64,000 nt of DNA. It comes from Octopus vulgaris. Lineage: Eukaryota. Position 1 is the stretch's first letter, and each line of letters opens with the position of its first letter. The DNA lies in contig OX597819.1 of assembly GCA_951406725.2 (NCBI GenBank), forward strand, positions 76,694,001 to 76,758,000. Direction: 5' to 3'. Under the pieces are notes generated by a model, which saw nothing but the letters and a program-made list of their open reading frames with translations, had not been told where the DNA came from and did no database searches. A program made the translations under genes and the position numbers. This document shows, in pieces, positions 42,065-55,844 of the stretch.

Positions 42065-42098
<34 letters not shown>

Positions 42099-42399
42099 TG
42101 TATGTATGTATGTATGTATGTATGTATGTATGTATGTATGTATGTATGTATGTATGAATGTATGTATGTATGTAAAAAAGCTACAGCAATGTCTCTGTTA
42201 ATAGAGTTGATATGTTCCACATCTTATTTCGCTATCAGAAACTTTACCGTTAGAGGAAGCTAAAACGGTTATTATGTTGATCTATCTGCTTTCGTTATTA
42301 AAAGAGATATCCACTTATTTAGAAGTATATTAGATCTATGATACTTCTGCATATATAAGGGGGAAATGAACAAAAGATAGGGTAAAAATGCAAAACCAA

Positions 42400-43200
42400 A
42401 GTGCATCAAGAGATCTTAGGAAACTTTAATTCCTCTTTATGACAGTTAAGAGCTACCAATACGGATCCTTTAACTTTTATATTTCATTCTTGATTTTCGT
42501 AATTTTCTGAAAGTCGCTCTAAAGAATAAGTTATTTCACTAGAGTATTTGGATAAGATCTCTGCTATTAAAAATGGATATCAAGGAATCTCTGTTTCACT
42601 TTCTGTTTCTGAACTATATGAATGCGGTTCTGTAAACTTCTTAAAGTCTTTATTGGTGAGAATTCCATGATCAGTATGCAGTAATTTCTGAATATAGCCA
42701 ACATCAGCTTAACTAAATTCCGATTCCTACATCAATTGTACAAAGATATTGCTCTTTAAGACAATTTCATCCTCTACACCACAGAATCAATGCAATGATT
42801 TTCCTTGGATACATTTGAACACAGGCCTTTCCACATCCCAGTGAGATACACATGCATAACTTCTTCCATGGCATCTTTAATAATTTCTACTGTTTGCATA
42901 AAATTATATTTCCAGATTCTTTATCATCTATTGCTGTACTCAGCCGGCATAGCAGTTTCTTAAGATAATATGCCTTGCAAATGAGTCGTGTGTAATCCAA
43001 ACTTTTCTATTAGATTTCCAAATGACATGTCAGCTAGATTTAACGAAGCCTTTCATTGCCCTTTTGAATATCAAAATCACAAATAATCAGTTGCTTATGT
43101 TACAGGTCTCTGGTGACCTTTCCTCCAAAAAACAATATGAAAATTAAAGCGATCTCCTGCTGCTTTATACGGAATTGTCTTTCTTTGCTGCTTTGCTTCC
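42400..43200 (-). pseudogene. Highly decayed pogo/Tigger-like transposase remnant
   Basis: Minus-strand ..WK-YNFMQTVEIIKDAMEEV..W KGL resembles the Tigger C-terminal N-I..A...I..AW.EV..W..L motif. Confidence 0.4.
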
Positions 43201-43935
43201 AAAATATACCATGTTCGTCTACATTAATAATTATCACAAACGCCGAAATCACGTTATACTATAGCGCTATCTGTCGGTGCTGACTCAATTTCGTCGGCCG
43301 ATATAATCTGTGCTATTTAGCACTTAACGTCTATACTAGATGTTTTAATAAGACGAATATTGCACCTTACGGCGTTTAAAACAACGCATCCAAATCAATT
43401 TGGTTAATTGGATGTACAAATTAATACTACAAAGACTGCTTTTGACGTTAATACAAATACACACACACACACACACACACACATAATCGAACTCCAACGA
43501 ATAAATGATGTGTATTCAGTTATTTGATCACCTACATATTCTTTGAATTGATATGTAGTGGGGCGAACATTGTCGGGTGGAATCAACGTTACGCAGTCTA
43601 ACAAGGCTGAGCTTTTAAATTGTCAAATACAATCTAACTGACGAGCTGCTACACGGATTACGTCTACCTACTTCCATTTAAAATTGGGCCAAACCGAAGT
43701 TATAGAAGAAAACGTTTGCCCATGACGCCACAAACAGGGAATCGAACTTGGAACCTTGTGATTGGGAAACGGACTTCTTAACCATCTGGCTATACACAAT
43801 AGCTTAAAAGAAATGAAACATGAATAATGTACACATACTAAAATAACTTTTCATTATCTATCGCAGTCTCACGATACCTCTCTTTAATAAATTTCTGCTT
43901 CCCATTCGGTAAGTCTCACTTCTTCCTTACTGTCC

Positions 43936-44163
<228 letters not shown>

Positions 44164-44276
44164 TGATAAAGTAAGTACTGCAAATTTAGGGTGAATACTT
44201 GATATGTGTAAGCACCTGTATTTGCCAGCTAGTGGCAGAGGTGAGGGGATATATATATCTTACACACACACATATT

Positions 44277-44348
<72 letters not shown>

Positions 44349-44557
44349 CACACACACAGAGGGTGTGTGTGTGTGTGCACGCGCGCGTGTATGTGTGCTT
44401 GAAGTGGTTACAGATATTGTAGTGAGAAGAAGAAGGCTTTCAGAGATTTGGATAATTCCTTATTAGCGCTTTCGTTCGTTTACGAACTCAAGACAAAATC
44501 GAAATCACTGCCTCCTCCTTTTTCTCAATATATAAATATATACATGTATGTGTGTAT

Positions 44558-44648
<91 letters not shown>

Positions 44649-44668
44649 TAGATATATATATATAGTGA

Positions 44669-44960
44669 AGGTGCATGGCTTAGTGGATTAGGGGGTTGCA
44701 CTCGTGATTGCGAGATCGTGGGTTCGATTCCCAGACCGGGCGTTGCGTTGTGTTCTTGAGCAAAGCACTTCATTTCACGTTGCTCTGGGATCATTTCGAC
44801 ATCTGACATGTGGCAACCGTTGCACCTGTACAGGTAGTGTCAACCTAATGGAAGGAGTGAGCTTATGTCTACACAAACATGTCTATAAACAAATTATCTG
44901 TGTGGTTGTTCGGTAAGAAATTGTCGAACCGTTATGCGTCGTCTAACGACGGCAGAGTCC
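44669..44960 (+). mobile_element. SINE family C (tRNA-derived head)
   Basis: TGGCTTAGTGG (A box) ... GGTTCGATTCC (B box) followed by TTGTGTTCTTGAGCAAAGCACTT and a non-tRNA body. Confidence 0.85.
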
Positions 44961-45403
44961 ATCATGTATATATATATATATATACAAAGTATAGGGATGT
45001 AGTTCACAGGTGATCTAAGCGATTAAGTACGTCAGGTAGGTGGCGTAACGGATTACTGGGGCTTCCTATTTTTATCCTATTTGTGTCTGATGACGTAAGA
45101 TCTCACACACGGGGATATCCCAGAAACAGCTGTAAGATTTTGAATTTCTTCCTATAGTATATTGTATACGACTTGAGATGTTTGCTTTGCCTTAATATTT
45201 GCTTAACAATTATATGTGTGTGTGTGTACGTGTGTGTGTGTGTGTGTATGTGTATTGTCTTCCATTCCGCTTTTTCTCTCTGGCTCCCCCCATCCCTCCC
45301 TTCCTCTTTCTGTCTTCCTTGCCCTCTTACTCTAAAGTTCACACGCGCTTTCCCGTTTTCACTTTGTCTCCTTTTAACAATATGTGAGTGTTAGTGTGTG
45401 TGT

Positions 45404-45457
<54 letters not shown>

Positions 45458-45839
45458 CCCTGTCTAACTGTCTCACAGTATATTACCTATTTATCTCTAA
45501 TCTATTTTACATTCAGATTTTCAAAATCTAGCCTAAGAGCCATCAAAACACAACGATTACAGTTGACGTGACTAGGCGGACAACGATAAAAACAATAACC
45601 GAACCAATCGTCTACAGGCCTGAGCTAGACACATTATAGCAGATGTCCATAGCTTTCATATTTTTGTTTCACGCCGTCGATGATGATGATGGTGGTCCTC
45701 GTCGTCGCCGTAATCATCATCATCATCATCATACAAGGCACGTAATACCGGATGCCTGTGTCTCATAATTTGTTTTAAGTTGTCTGTGAAGGTGGAGAAG
45801 TAGACACAACTACTGCTGCTGTTGCTACTGCTTTTGCTA

Positions 45840-46090
45840 ATGATGATGACGATGAGGAGGTGGAGGAGGAGGAGGAGGAGGAGGAAGACGACGATGATGA
45901 TGATGATGATGATGATGACCACCACCACCACTACTACTACTGCGACAATGATGTTGACGACTACGACAACGCAGCGATATGATGGGCGATGATGATGATG
46001 ATGACGATGATGATGATGATGACGACGACGACAATGATTGTAGTGATGTCAATGGCAAAGACTTTGATGATATTCACGATGATGATGAAG
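45840..46090. repeat. Mosaic trinucleotide low-complexity tract (GAT/GAG/GAC/CAC/TAC)
   Basis: Direct reading. Confidence 0.9.
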
Positions 46091-46735
46091 GCGATTCTTT
46101 TCATCCTCTTGTGTGTAGCAATAAAAACTACCAAGACCAATTTATTTGACAGAAGCGTGCCATACCGTGTCTCACCAAAGTTAATGTTGCAACTATTATC
46201 ATTGGTGTTGCTGTGGTTATGTACCTGTAACTTAGCGGTTCATCAAAAGGTGACGATAGAATAAGTATTAAGCTTTAACAAAATCAGGTCCTATGTTCGA
46301 TTTGTTCGAATAAAATCTTTCAAGACGGTGTCCAAGCATGGCCGGAGTCAAATGTCTGAAACAAGTAAGAGATAATAATAATAATAGATACAAATCAGTA
46401 TTTGTATAGCATCTGTGGCGTCTGTGTATATTGGAAGGCGTCTGTATATGCATAGGATCGTGTATTTATCCTCACTTAGCATTTACATCCAAGCCCAGTC
46501 TACTTTGATATATTCTTTAAATGCTTTAGCCTCAGCCAAAGATTGTGTGGTGAGAGAGAGGGGGAGAGAGAGGGAAGGAAGGGGGAAACAGAAACGTTAA
46601 GAGGATGTGACTTTGGAATATACCCTACCCCTATGAAGGTAGTTTTCATTCCCTCTTTTGTCTATGTATTTGATTATTATGAGAGAGAATCAAACATTAC
46701 AAGCTTTCTTGTTTATTCAATATAGTTACACAAAA

Positions 46736-47551
46736 GCATGAGATGGACAAGTACGTCATTTTTCTGTATAGTCTGCTTCCTTTTCGATGCACTTGGTCCA
46801 GCAGTCCACAAGTTTGCGTATTCCCTCCAAGAAGAAAAGTTTTCAGTTGGTCGTGCAAGCATTTATGCAGCGCTTCCTTCTCATCTTCATCCGCAGGAAA
46901 TTGATGACTTCATTAACCATCTTGGTGTGGTCCAAAGATATGATAGTCGGGAGTGGCGAGATCTGAGCTGTAGGCAGGGTTTTCCAACACCTTAAAAGTA
47001 AATTGGTTAACGGTTTCAACGGTCTGGTTGGTGTGTGGGGGCGTGCATTGTCATGCAACAACAAACCTTTCTTCGGTTTCGGCGTTTGGTGCGAATTGCT
47101 GGCTTCAGTTTGTTGGTCAGCAAAGCACAGTATCTTGCACAGTTGATCGCACATCCCTTTTCCAGGTAGTCTACCAGTATAGGCCCTTTTGAATCCCAAA
47201 CGAAGGTTAGCGTCACCTTTCCCCGGAAGACTGAGTCTTGAATTCCTTCGTCGTTGGCGAGCCAGGATTTTTCCACTCCATACTCTCTCTTTTGGATTCT
47301 GCTTCATAATTATGGACCCTCGCTTCATCTCATGTGACTGTTCTGCTCTTTGTTCTTCTGTGGTGCACATCGCTAGTGGAGTGGCCGTGCTTACACTATA
47401 AATCCAGAAAGAAAAATGGTGCGATCAGGTTTAAACTTCGGTCACGTGACTACAATAGTACCAACTATAAGCACGCATGTGCAGAGGGCAGTGCGACAAT
47501 AATAAAGATATGTTATGGCGAAAGTGCAGATAATTCTTGACTTCCCCTCGT
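46736..47551 (-). mobile_element. Internally deleted mariner relic
   Basis: Frames GKVTLTFVWDSKGPILVDYLEKG..IN.ARYC.LL..KLKPAIR.KRR and LLHDNARPH, plus a degenerate YSSDLATPDYH; TIR-like end TTCTTGACTTCCCCTCG. Confidence 0.88.
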
Positions 47552-48784
47552 GTAAGTGCTTCCTGCATACACATAAGAGAACACTACATAAATCTTTATG
47601 TTAGTTTATCCATCCTAGCCCCAGGCACCTTGTTGTTTTTTTATACAGCTTTATTTACCAGTAATTGATATGAGGCATTGCGACATCTCATCTGTTTTAT
47701 AAACAGGTGTTTCACAATTATTTACTCTTTCTCTGCATTTAAACTTTTGTAAGATTATTGCAATTAAAATTTTGTAAGATGAAAAAAGATGGGTTAAAGA
47801 TCTGTAGATTGTAGGGTTTACCGTGTCTTTAGTCTTGAGGGTTCAGTGAACTTATCGGCTGTTACCTCTCCATCCAGTACTATCTTAGTAAACATTTATG
47901 AGAGTGCGTTACATCTGCTAAATATTTTCACCATATGATCGTGCTTTGGTGATTAGTAGTTGTGTGTTGCCTTTTTGTATTTTTATGATATTTTAATGGG
48001 GTCGTAGTGCTTTGACAAATTCTTGCAATATTCATGATTCTTCTAATGCTGTATTTCTTGTTTTGAACGACCACGTCCATGGTGATTATTTCACTGTCCA
48101 TACCCATGCCTCAGATTCCTTCTGTGACTGCTGTTAGTGTTGCACTGACTTCTATTTTGATTTTACCCGTCCACGATGAAAAACCATTTTGGTTTGAAGT
48201 TGACATATGTTTTGTTCTGAGAATCGCTTTGTCGCTTTTCATACCAATGGAATCTTTGCAATTTAGCGGGAATAACTTGCTTCAGATGTTCTTTAATTTT
48301 GATACATTTTTTTTCTTTTTCATATAATATTTCTATGCCATTCGTCACTCCTTTTTCAATTGGTCCGTTTTATTATCGATTTCATTCCGAACTATGAGAT
48401 ACCTTATAATTTTTTTAAATCATTTTATGTATTTGTATCCGTTTACTTTGCTTAGATCGTAATGTTCTGATACAACTAGATTTGAGCGAGGATCCACGAT
48501 ATGCAGAAACCAGTACACATATTATTTTGTTTAACCTAGTGATATTGATTGTCGCCTCGATTTCTATTGAGACTGTGACATCCAGGTTTGCGGGCTATTT
48601 TTACTGTTATTGATATTTTAATTTTCAGATTTATCCGAAGGAGATTCTTTGGCAGAACCATTGATCAGGCTATTTGTTGTTGATTATTTAATTTCAACTT
48701 AAAATTTCATATTCATAAATGTGATCGTTAGAATTACCATAAATGTGTTGGTTAGTTGGTTTGTTGGTTGGTTGGTGTGTGTGT

Positions 48785-48851
<67 letters not shown>

Positions 48852-48876
48852 GGTGTGTGTGTTGGTGTGTGTGCGT

Positions 48877-49030
48877 AGGCGCGTGATTTAATGGTTAGGG
48901 TGTTTCTTTCATGATCGTAAGATTGTGGTTGGTTTCGATTCCTGGACCGGGCGGTGCGTTGTGTTCTTGAGCAAAACACTACATTTCGCGTTGCTCCACT
49001 CTACTCAGCTGGCAAAAAATAGTAATTCCA
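48877..49030 (+). mobile_element. SINE family C, truncated
   Basis: Same head and core as 44669. Confidence 0.8.
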
Positions 49031-49049
49031 CGGGAGGAGGGAATATATA

Positions 49050-49359
49050 CTTCACAGAATTCGGAAAACCGGCCCTGTGAGCCTATAGCTCGAGAAGGGT
49101 TCTCAACCCATGGGCAAAGTGGCGTTACATGAAAAAAAAAAAGGAAAAAACAATCGATGAGTGGAAAAAAATCGAGAAACCGATTCCTTATGGGATTTCC
49201 CAATCAAATTGTCAGCAAAATTGCAGCCAAAAGTTTACCAATTTCAACGGATTTCACTCAAATTTGACGTCGATGTTACTTAGTTTGCTTTAAAATAAAG
49301 AGCTTGATTAGCTTAATAATCCTAACTTAATCCCGAGCAAAGCCGGGCTATACTGCTAG
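49050..49359 (+). mobile_element. Helitron 3' portion (5' boundary uncertain)
   Basis: Ends CCCGAGCAAAGCCGGG-CTATACTG-CTAG|T, nearly identical to the 3' terminus of the 59048-59418 element; the internal sequence differs. Confidence 0.65.
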
Positions 49360-49756
49360 TATATATATATATATATATCCACAGTGTACAACATTACATG
49401 TCCATTACAGCCGATTTTACCAAGCGATTTCGCGCTGGGGGTACAACGGAGTGTTTGGTAACAATCCGATTATATAATCCTACGCTCATTAGAGTAAGCC
49501 TATATGGAATGAAATATGGCGACTGCTCTCTGTAGCTGGAGGTGAATGGATACATCCGGTTTACAGTTGCTAAGAAAAGATGAAGAAACAAAACGAGTAC
49601 GGGACTAAGTTAAGAGTTATATTCCCTGGTTCCGAGATGTCGCTACTGGGTTAGTTACACTGCAATTCGGAAATAGGAAATGTATGCGTTTTTCCGGCTG
49701 GTGTTCTTATCAAAATTGGTTATGTGTAGTGGTATATGTGTGTGCGCGTGCATGCA

Positions 49757-49815
<59 letters not shown>

Positions 49816-49854
49816 ATGTCTGTCTGTCTGTCTGTCTGTCTGCCTGTCTTTTGT

Positions 49855-50035
49855 TTGCCTTGTGATGCCATGCTGGGACCAGATACGAGAGTGAAGAGAT
49901 AAGGTATCAGTTGCTCTCTGCAGTCTGAACGATATTTCATCATCCAGGGAGCAAGAATGGCTGAGTGTGCTGTCCAGGTAGACAAACCCGTCTACCACTT
50001 TCAGAAACCAAGATAGCTGGTTCCATATATGGATT
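49855..50035 (-). pseudogene. RTE-clade LINE RT fragment
   Basis: VDGFVYLDSTLS.SCSLDDEISFRLQRA...L.SRIWSQHGI matches the RTE/BovB F-x-YLGS...DEI..RI.KA motif. Confidence 0.8.
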
Positions 50036-50433
50036 TCCTGGTGGCGGTTGGAACATTACAACAGTCTTGCCCAGGCTTCTTTCAGTTTTCGTCTGCCAAA
50101 TTCACTCACAAGTGTTCGGTCGATCCCAGACTATAGGCACTTCCCTAAGGTGTCACACAGTGCGAATGAACCCAAATCGATGTGTCTGGGAAGTAAACTT
50201 ACCACACAACCATGCCAGTGCCGTCAAGTGAATGGGCTTAAGTGGTTTATTTTTTATTACCTGCTTTTAGTCTATGGTTACGACGGTCGCTTTGCCACCA
50301 CCACGTTGTTCGGGATTCAGTCCCACTGCACGCGCCAACCAATGCTTTGTGAGTATATTTGGTAGATGGAAACTGTGAGGCAGCCAGCCGTACATATATA
50401 CATGTCTATCTATCTATCTTTATATATATATAT

Positions 50434-50512
<79 letters not shown>

Positions 50513-50549
50513 TATATTATATTATATTATATTATATTATATTATATTA

Positions 50550-50748
50550 CACCGGAGTAAGCACATAAATGTAAAACAAGGTGAAAAAAAGAGTACTCAA
50601 ATACCAGAGGTAGAGTAATATGCTTTATTTAAAAGCAGCAGAAATATAACAAAAGCTGTTACTCAGAGTTTCACGTTCTCTCCGACGAACGGGAACGTGA
50701 AACTCTGAGTAACAGCTTTTGTTATATTTCTGCTGCTTTTAGATAAAG
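50550..50748. mobile_element. Short fold-back insertion, probable Penelope-like terminal fragment
   Basis: 56-bp inverted arms 50623-50678 / 50693-50748 with 1 mismatch, a ~73 bp one-sided extension (50550-50622), directly after a (TA)n/(TATTA)n tract inside a SINE. Confidence 0.7.
50682..50715 (+). ncRNA. Variant minimal hammerhead motif (CCGACGA core), 5' strand of stem I truncated
   Basis: Reads CCGACGA-ACG(GGAA)CGT-GAAA-CTCTGAG-TA-ACAG; stem III region ACTCTGAGT is palindromic; the upstream bases are CTCT rather than the CTGT needed to pair fully with ACAG. Confidence 0.55.
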
Positions 50749-51011
50749 TACATATGATATTATATAGATGGAGAGATACTATTATATGTGTATGTTCCTC
50801 ATCACCGTTTGCCTACAAGTATTGGTGTGTTTACGTCCACTTAAGTTGGTAGTTCGGCAAAAGACACCGACTGAATAAGTACTTCTTTTAAATGGAAACA
50901 TAAGAACCGTAATCGATTTGTTCGACTAAATTCTGCAAAGCGGTGCACAAGCACGATCGCACTCCGATGAGTGAAAGCAAGTAGACGTTATGGGTAAACT
51001 ATGCCAAGCTT

Positions 51012-52307
51012 CGAGGTGCATTCCAGACATTTTTAGGAGAGACATTTATAACTTCCTAGATTATTGTAATTTCCGTACATCATTATTATACAACTAATAA
51101 ATTGACCTGTCAACTTTTGTTATTCCAAGTTGAAGGGAACAGTTGAAACAGCAATTCGATCACATCCTACTACACTGCTTGTCACAGCTGACTAATTTAC
51201 GAAATGCAGTCGGGACGTGAAAAGAATTTGGAAGCTCGTTATCCCGTAAAGTTTTGTGTCAAACTGCAACAATACTACAGAAACTTATGAACTAGGAGTA
51301 AGAGTGGCTGTGTGGTAAGTAGCTTGCTTACGAACCACATGGTTCTGGGTTCAGTCCCACTGCTTGGCACCTTCGGCAAGTGTCTTCTACTATAGCCTCG
51401 GGCCGACCAAAGCCTTGTGAGTGTATTTGGTAGACGGAAACTGAAAGAAGCCCGTCGTATATATGTATATGTTTATGAGTGTGTATGTGTGTGTATATGT
51501 TTGTGTGTCTGTGTTTGTCCCCCCAACATCGCTTGACAACCGATGCTGGTGTGTTTACGTCCCCGTAACTTAGCGGTTCGGCAAAAGAGACCGATAGAAT
51601 AAGTACTAGGCTTACAAAGAATAAGTCCTGGGGTCGATTTGCTCGACTAAAGGCGGTGCTCCAGCATGGCCACAGACACTTAACTGAAACAAGTATAAGA
51701 GTAAAGGATTAACTGCTTCGGACTGATTATGGATTAACTTATATGAGCCGATAATCTGATTTTCGCTGGCACAAGTGGTCAGGCAAAGCAAGTCCACCGA
51801 GAAGATTATGACGAAGCCATTTTTCGACTGCAACGGCATCATCTACATCCACGGTATTCCTTCTAGCCAGACGGTCAACAAAATGAATTTTGTGGATGTT
51901 TTGAGAGAGTTCAGTAAGAGATTTTGTCCCAAAAGGCCAGAACACCTGCACTACAACAATGTACCAATCTACAACTACATTTTGGTAACCAATTCCTTGA
52001 CAGAGATGAGCATCAAAACTCTCCCTCTCCCTCCCAACAGTCTAAGCCTTGCTCCCTGTCATTTACAATTGTTCACCAAGCTAAAAGAAAAATAATATAT
52101 GGCGGAGGCTGTGAAAGGGGTTCTAGACACCTTCAGTCTGTGCGGAGCGGGGGGAACTTCAATGGGACCTTCACGAAGTAGCCGGAGCGCCATAGTAAGT
52201 GCATTTAAGTCAAAGGATCCTATTTTGAATGTTATTAGAGTTTTGTAATTCTTTGAAATTAATGTCTTTCCTAAACTAGTCTCAGAACTTCTGGAATTCA
52301 TACCTTG
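51012..52307 (+). mobile_element. Degenerate mariner relic with a SINE inserted at 51294-51705
   Basis: Frame RQSKST.KIM..PFFD.NGIIY.H.IPS.QTVN...VDVL..F...PKRP.HLHYNN.P...LPLPPNS.SLAPC..QLF.KLK; CGAGG... start and ...CCTTG-TA end. Confidence 0.82.
51294..51705 (+). mobile_element. SINE family A, full length, young
   Basis: Cleanest copy in the window; interrupts a mariner relic. Confidence 0.93.
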
Positions 52308-52842
52308 TACGTTGAATGCTTTTGCTTTTAACCGTTGTTTATTATTCTGTTGTATTGATTGTAGTGAACGAAATGTATATGCAGAGCTTAGTGTGTGATT
52401 CTGTTTTCTCTATGTTGTGTATCTGTGTAAGTTCTGGAGTTTTCGTTCTGCATTATTTGTCTCCATTGTTTCTTATTCTTTTTTCTTTCTGTTTTATTTT
52501 CTAGTTTCTAATCAATCCATTATGATCGTTACTATTATCATTATTTAATTATTTATACCATTCATTAGGATATTGATGAAGGGTAAAAATGTGTCGAGGA
52601 GTCAAAGGCTTCAATATTCAGAAGCTGAAGTGACGGAATGCAATCAAAATAGAATCGAAACATCAGACGGGGAGAAATAAAGAGCTGTTGTTCATTAATT
52701 AAGATGAAAGAAACATTGTTTTGTAGAAAAGAAAAAGAAAAAAATATAACAGCTTTATTTGTTACTACTGCTGCGGCTGCTAATAATTTTGCTTTCTTCT
52801 CGTTACCGATTTTCCACAACCGGCTTCATTATCATTGTGTGT

Positions 52843-53347
52843 TCATCATCATCATCATCATCATCGTCGTCGTCGTCGTCGTCGCCGCCGTCGGCATCAT
52901 TATAAAGATGATAATGATGATGATGATGATGATGATGAGGAGGAGGAGGAGGAGGAGGAGGAGGAAGATGATGATGGCGATCATCAGTATCACCATCGTC
53001 CACAGCAACAGCACCAGGAGTAGAAGCAGCAGTAGCAGCAACCCACAGAACGGACGCAGTGAAACAACCCTTACCCGTTTTGTTGCTTAACAACAACAGC
53101 AGCAGAAGCAGAAGCAGAAGCAGAAGCAGCAGCAGCAAAAGCACTAGCAGCAGTTGCGTCGTCGTTAATGTTAACGTCGTCGTCATCGTCGTCATCGTCA
53201 TCGTCATAGTCGTCGTCGTCGTCACCGTCGTCATCGTCGTCGTGGCTGTCGTTGCTGCTGCTGCTGTCACCGACGTCACTGCCGCCGCCATCGTTGCGAT
53301 CGATGACGTCGTTGTTGTCGCCGCTGTCGCCGTTGTCGTTACTGTCG

Positions 53348-53384
<37 letters not shown>

Positions 53385-53390
53385 TGACTT
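52843..53390. repeat. Mosaic trinucleotide low-complexity tract (CAT/CGT/GAT/GAG/CAG/GTC)
   Basis: Direct reading. Confidence 0.9.
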
Positions 53391-54029
53391 CGTCACTTCT
53401 TCGCATAAAAGAAAATAATTGCGGTACAAGCGAGTGATAATGAGTTGTTATAGTTTTTTTTTATGTTTGTTATTTTATAACACTTCTATCTATGTCGGCT
53501 GCATCACCCCGTCGTCAAAGTTCAAAGCTTGATACGTTGCCAACGTACAAGCATATATGTGTGCGTGTATATATAAACGTGTTCATGTAAATACATATAT
53601 GTGTGTGTATGTGTGTGTATCTGCATGTGTGTGTATGCCTGTAGATGCATACATGCGTACATACATTCGTACATGCATACATAAATGCATAAAATGATGT
53701 ATACTAAGAAAATAAAGAAGGAAATACTCAATGTATGCTGTGGAGTACATAGTTTATTTAAACTGATAATTTGACTCGTGATTCGAAACTTGCGCTACAG
53801 CGTCTTCAGGCAAAATCGTTCTCACCTGAAGATTGCAGCAACATAAAACTTCAGTTCCGAGATGAATTTTCAAATTTAATTAACTCCTTTTGTGTGTATG
53901 TGAGTGTGTATGCGTGTGTGTGAGATAGACAGACAGACAGAAAGGATTTCTTTATTTTTTTTTATTACGGACAGACAGAAAGAGAGAGACAGAGAATGCA
54001 CGCGGGAGTGTGTATGTGTGTGTGTGTGT

Positions 54030-54099
<70 letters not shown>

Positions 54100-54446
54100 T
54101 GAGCTTCTTCAATAGAGAACTTAATGCGAACCACATTTGAAGGTGGTTTTATATACATACGTCAATTTCTTTGAATGAGAGCAAAATGAAACATATGTAA
54201 TGATGAATGACTAATACCATTTTTTACCAATCTCATGTTCTGCAAAGAATATTTTCCAGAATCTTCAACTTTTATGCATATCTCACACAATTATAACGTT
54301 TGCATGCGGATTTGAAATACTGGAATAATTAGATGTGCTTCAACAGAACACAGCTTCGATTTTAATCCTATCTGCATAATACATACATATATATATATAA
54401 ATACATGCATACACACATACATACATATATATATATATATACATAT

Positions 54447-54490
<44 letters not shown>

Positions 54491-54555
54491 GTATATACAT
54501 ACATACATACATATATATATATATATATTTATATATACATATATATATATATATT

Positions 54556-54633
<78 letters not shown>

Positions 54634-54890
54634 AATGCGTGTTTGCGTGTATGCGTGTATTCAACATATTCCCCTCTCAGATTCACACACTTAAAGCACC
54701 TGTCCTTCAGCACTTCTAGACACTGTAAAAGAATATTGGGCCTCTAATCAGGCCTTTCGCAATACCTTTGAAGCCAGGAACTTTTCACCGCCTACTCATA
54801 TACGCACATACACAGATATACACACACACATATATAGAGAGAGAGAAATACATACACATATGTATGTGTGTGTGTGTGTGTGTGTGCGTG

Positions 54891-54967
<77 letters not shown>

Positions 54968-55450
54968 AATGTAAAAGTGAAACTGATTCGATAGAACATT
55001 TGTGGAAAACAAAACTGCATATTGCAATTAAAGCCCAAATAGCTTATCAACTTATCATTACCTTCCTAGCGATACACTCTTATGTATTTATTATATAGGC
55101 ATACAGAGTACATACACTTTATTCTCAACGGTCTTTATGGGTGAGATAGTCAGATTTAGATACACCAAAAGCAATATATAATGGTTTTCAATTACAACCT
55201 GGCAGTTTAGAGCAACATTAATATTTATTAGATCTGTCATAAATTCCTATTGTCATCATAGAGACGAAAAAGGTTTTGAAACTAAGACAGGTAAAGGCAT
55301 TACAGGCTGTTAAGAGGCGCTCAGAACTCATAACTAGGAAAACAAATACTGAATCGAAGAAAATCTCAAAGTCTTAGATGTAATAAAGGAAGAAGCTAAT
55401 TTTGCATTAAAAAAATTATGAATGATATATACGTGAGTGTGTATATCGAA

Positions 55451-55530
<80 letters not shown>

Positions 55531-55719
55531 GTAGGTAGGTAGGTAGGTAGGTAGGTAGGTAGGTAGGTAGGTAGGAAGGTAGGTAGGTAAGTAGGTAGTC
55601 TCAATTTGTGTGAAGGACAGTGATAAAGAACAATTCAGTTTAAAAAGACTGTGAGTGTGTCTGTGTATAAATATACATACATGCTTATGTATGTATACAA
55701 ATATATGTATGCATGTATG

Positions 55720-55787
<68 letters not shown>

Positions 55788-55844
55788 TATGTACACGTAC
55801 ATGTAGGCATGTATATATATATATTTATTTATTTATTTACCAAG

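Larger units (their letters stand above)
50305..50985 (+). mobile_element. Old SINE family A copy hosting the 50550-50748 fold-back
   Basis: Head remnant 50305-50392, (TA)n, insertion, tail 50785-50985. A separate minus-strand head lies at 50070-50222. Confidence 0.75.

Noticed and set aside
44669-44740. tRNA gene (A and B boxes present); likewise the heads at 8041, 35118, 48877 and 51294
   Set aside because: No complete cloverleaf, and each continues into a shared SINE body; these are tRNA-derived SINE heads.
47800-48700. Coding-like minus-strand stretch
   Set aside because: Multiple stops and no motif I can assign; possibly an old retroelement ORF1 but not supportable.
53770-53860. Inverted TCTTCAGG / CCTGAAGA pair resembling two hammerhead cores
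   Set aside because: Short stems follow each CTGAAGA but there is no correctly placed GAAA or stem I; at best a very decayed relic.
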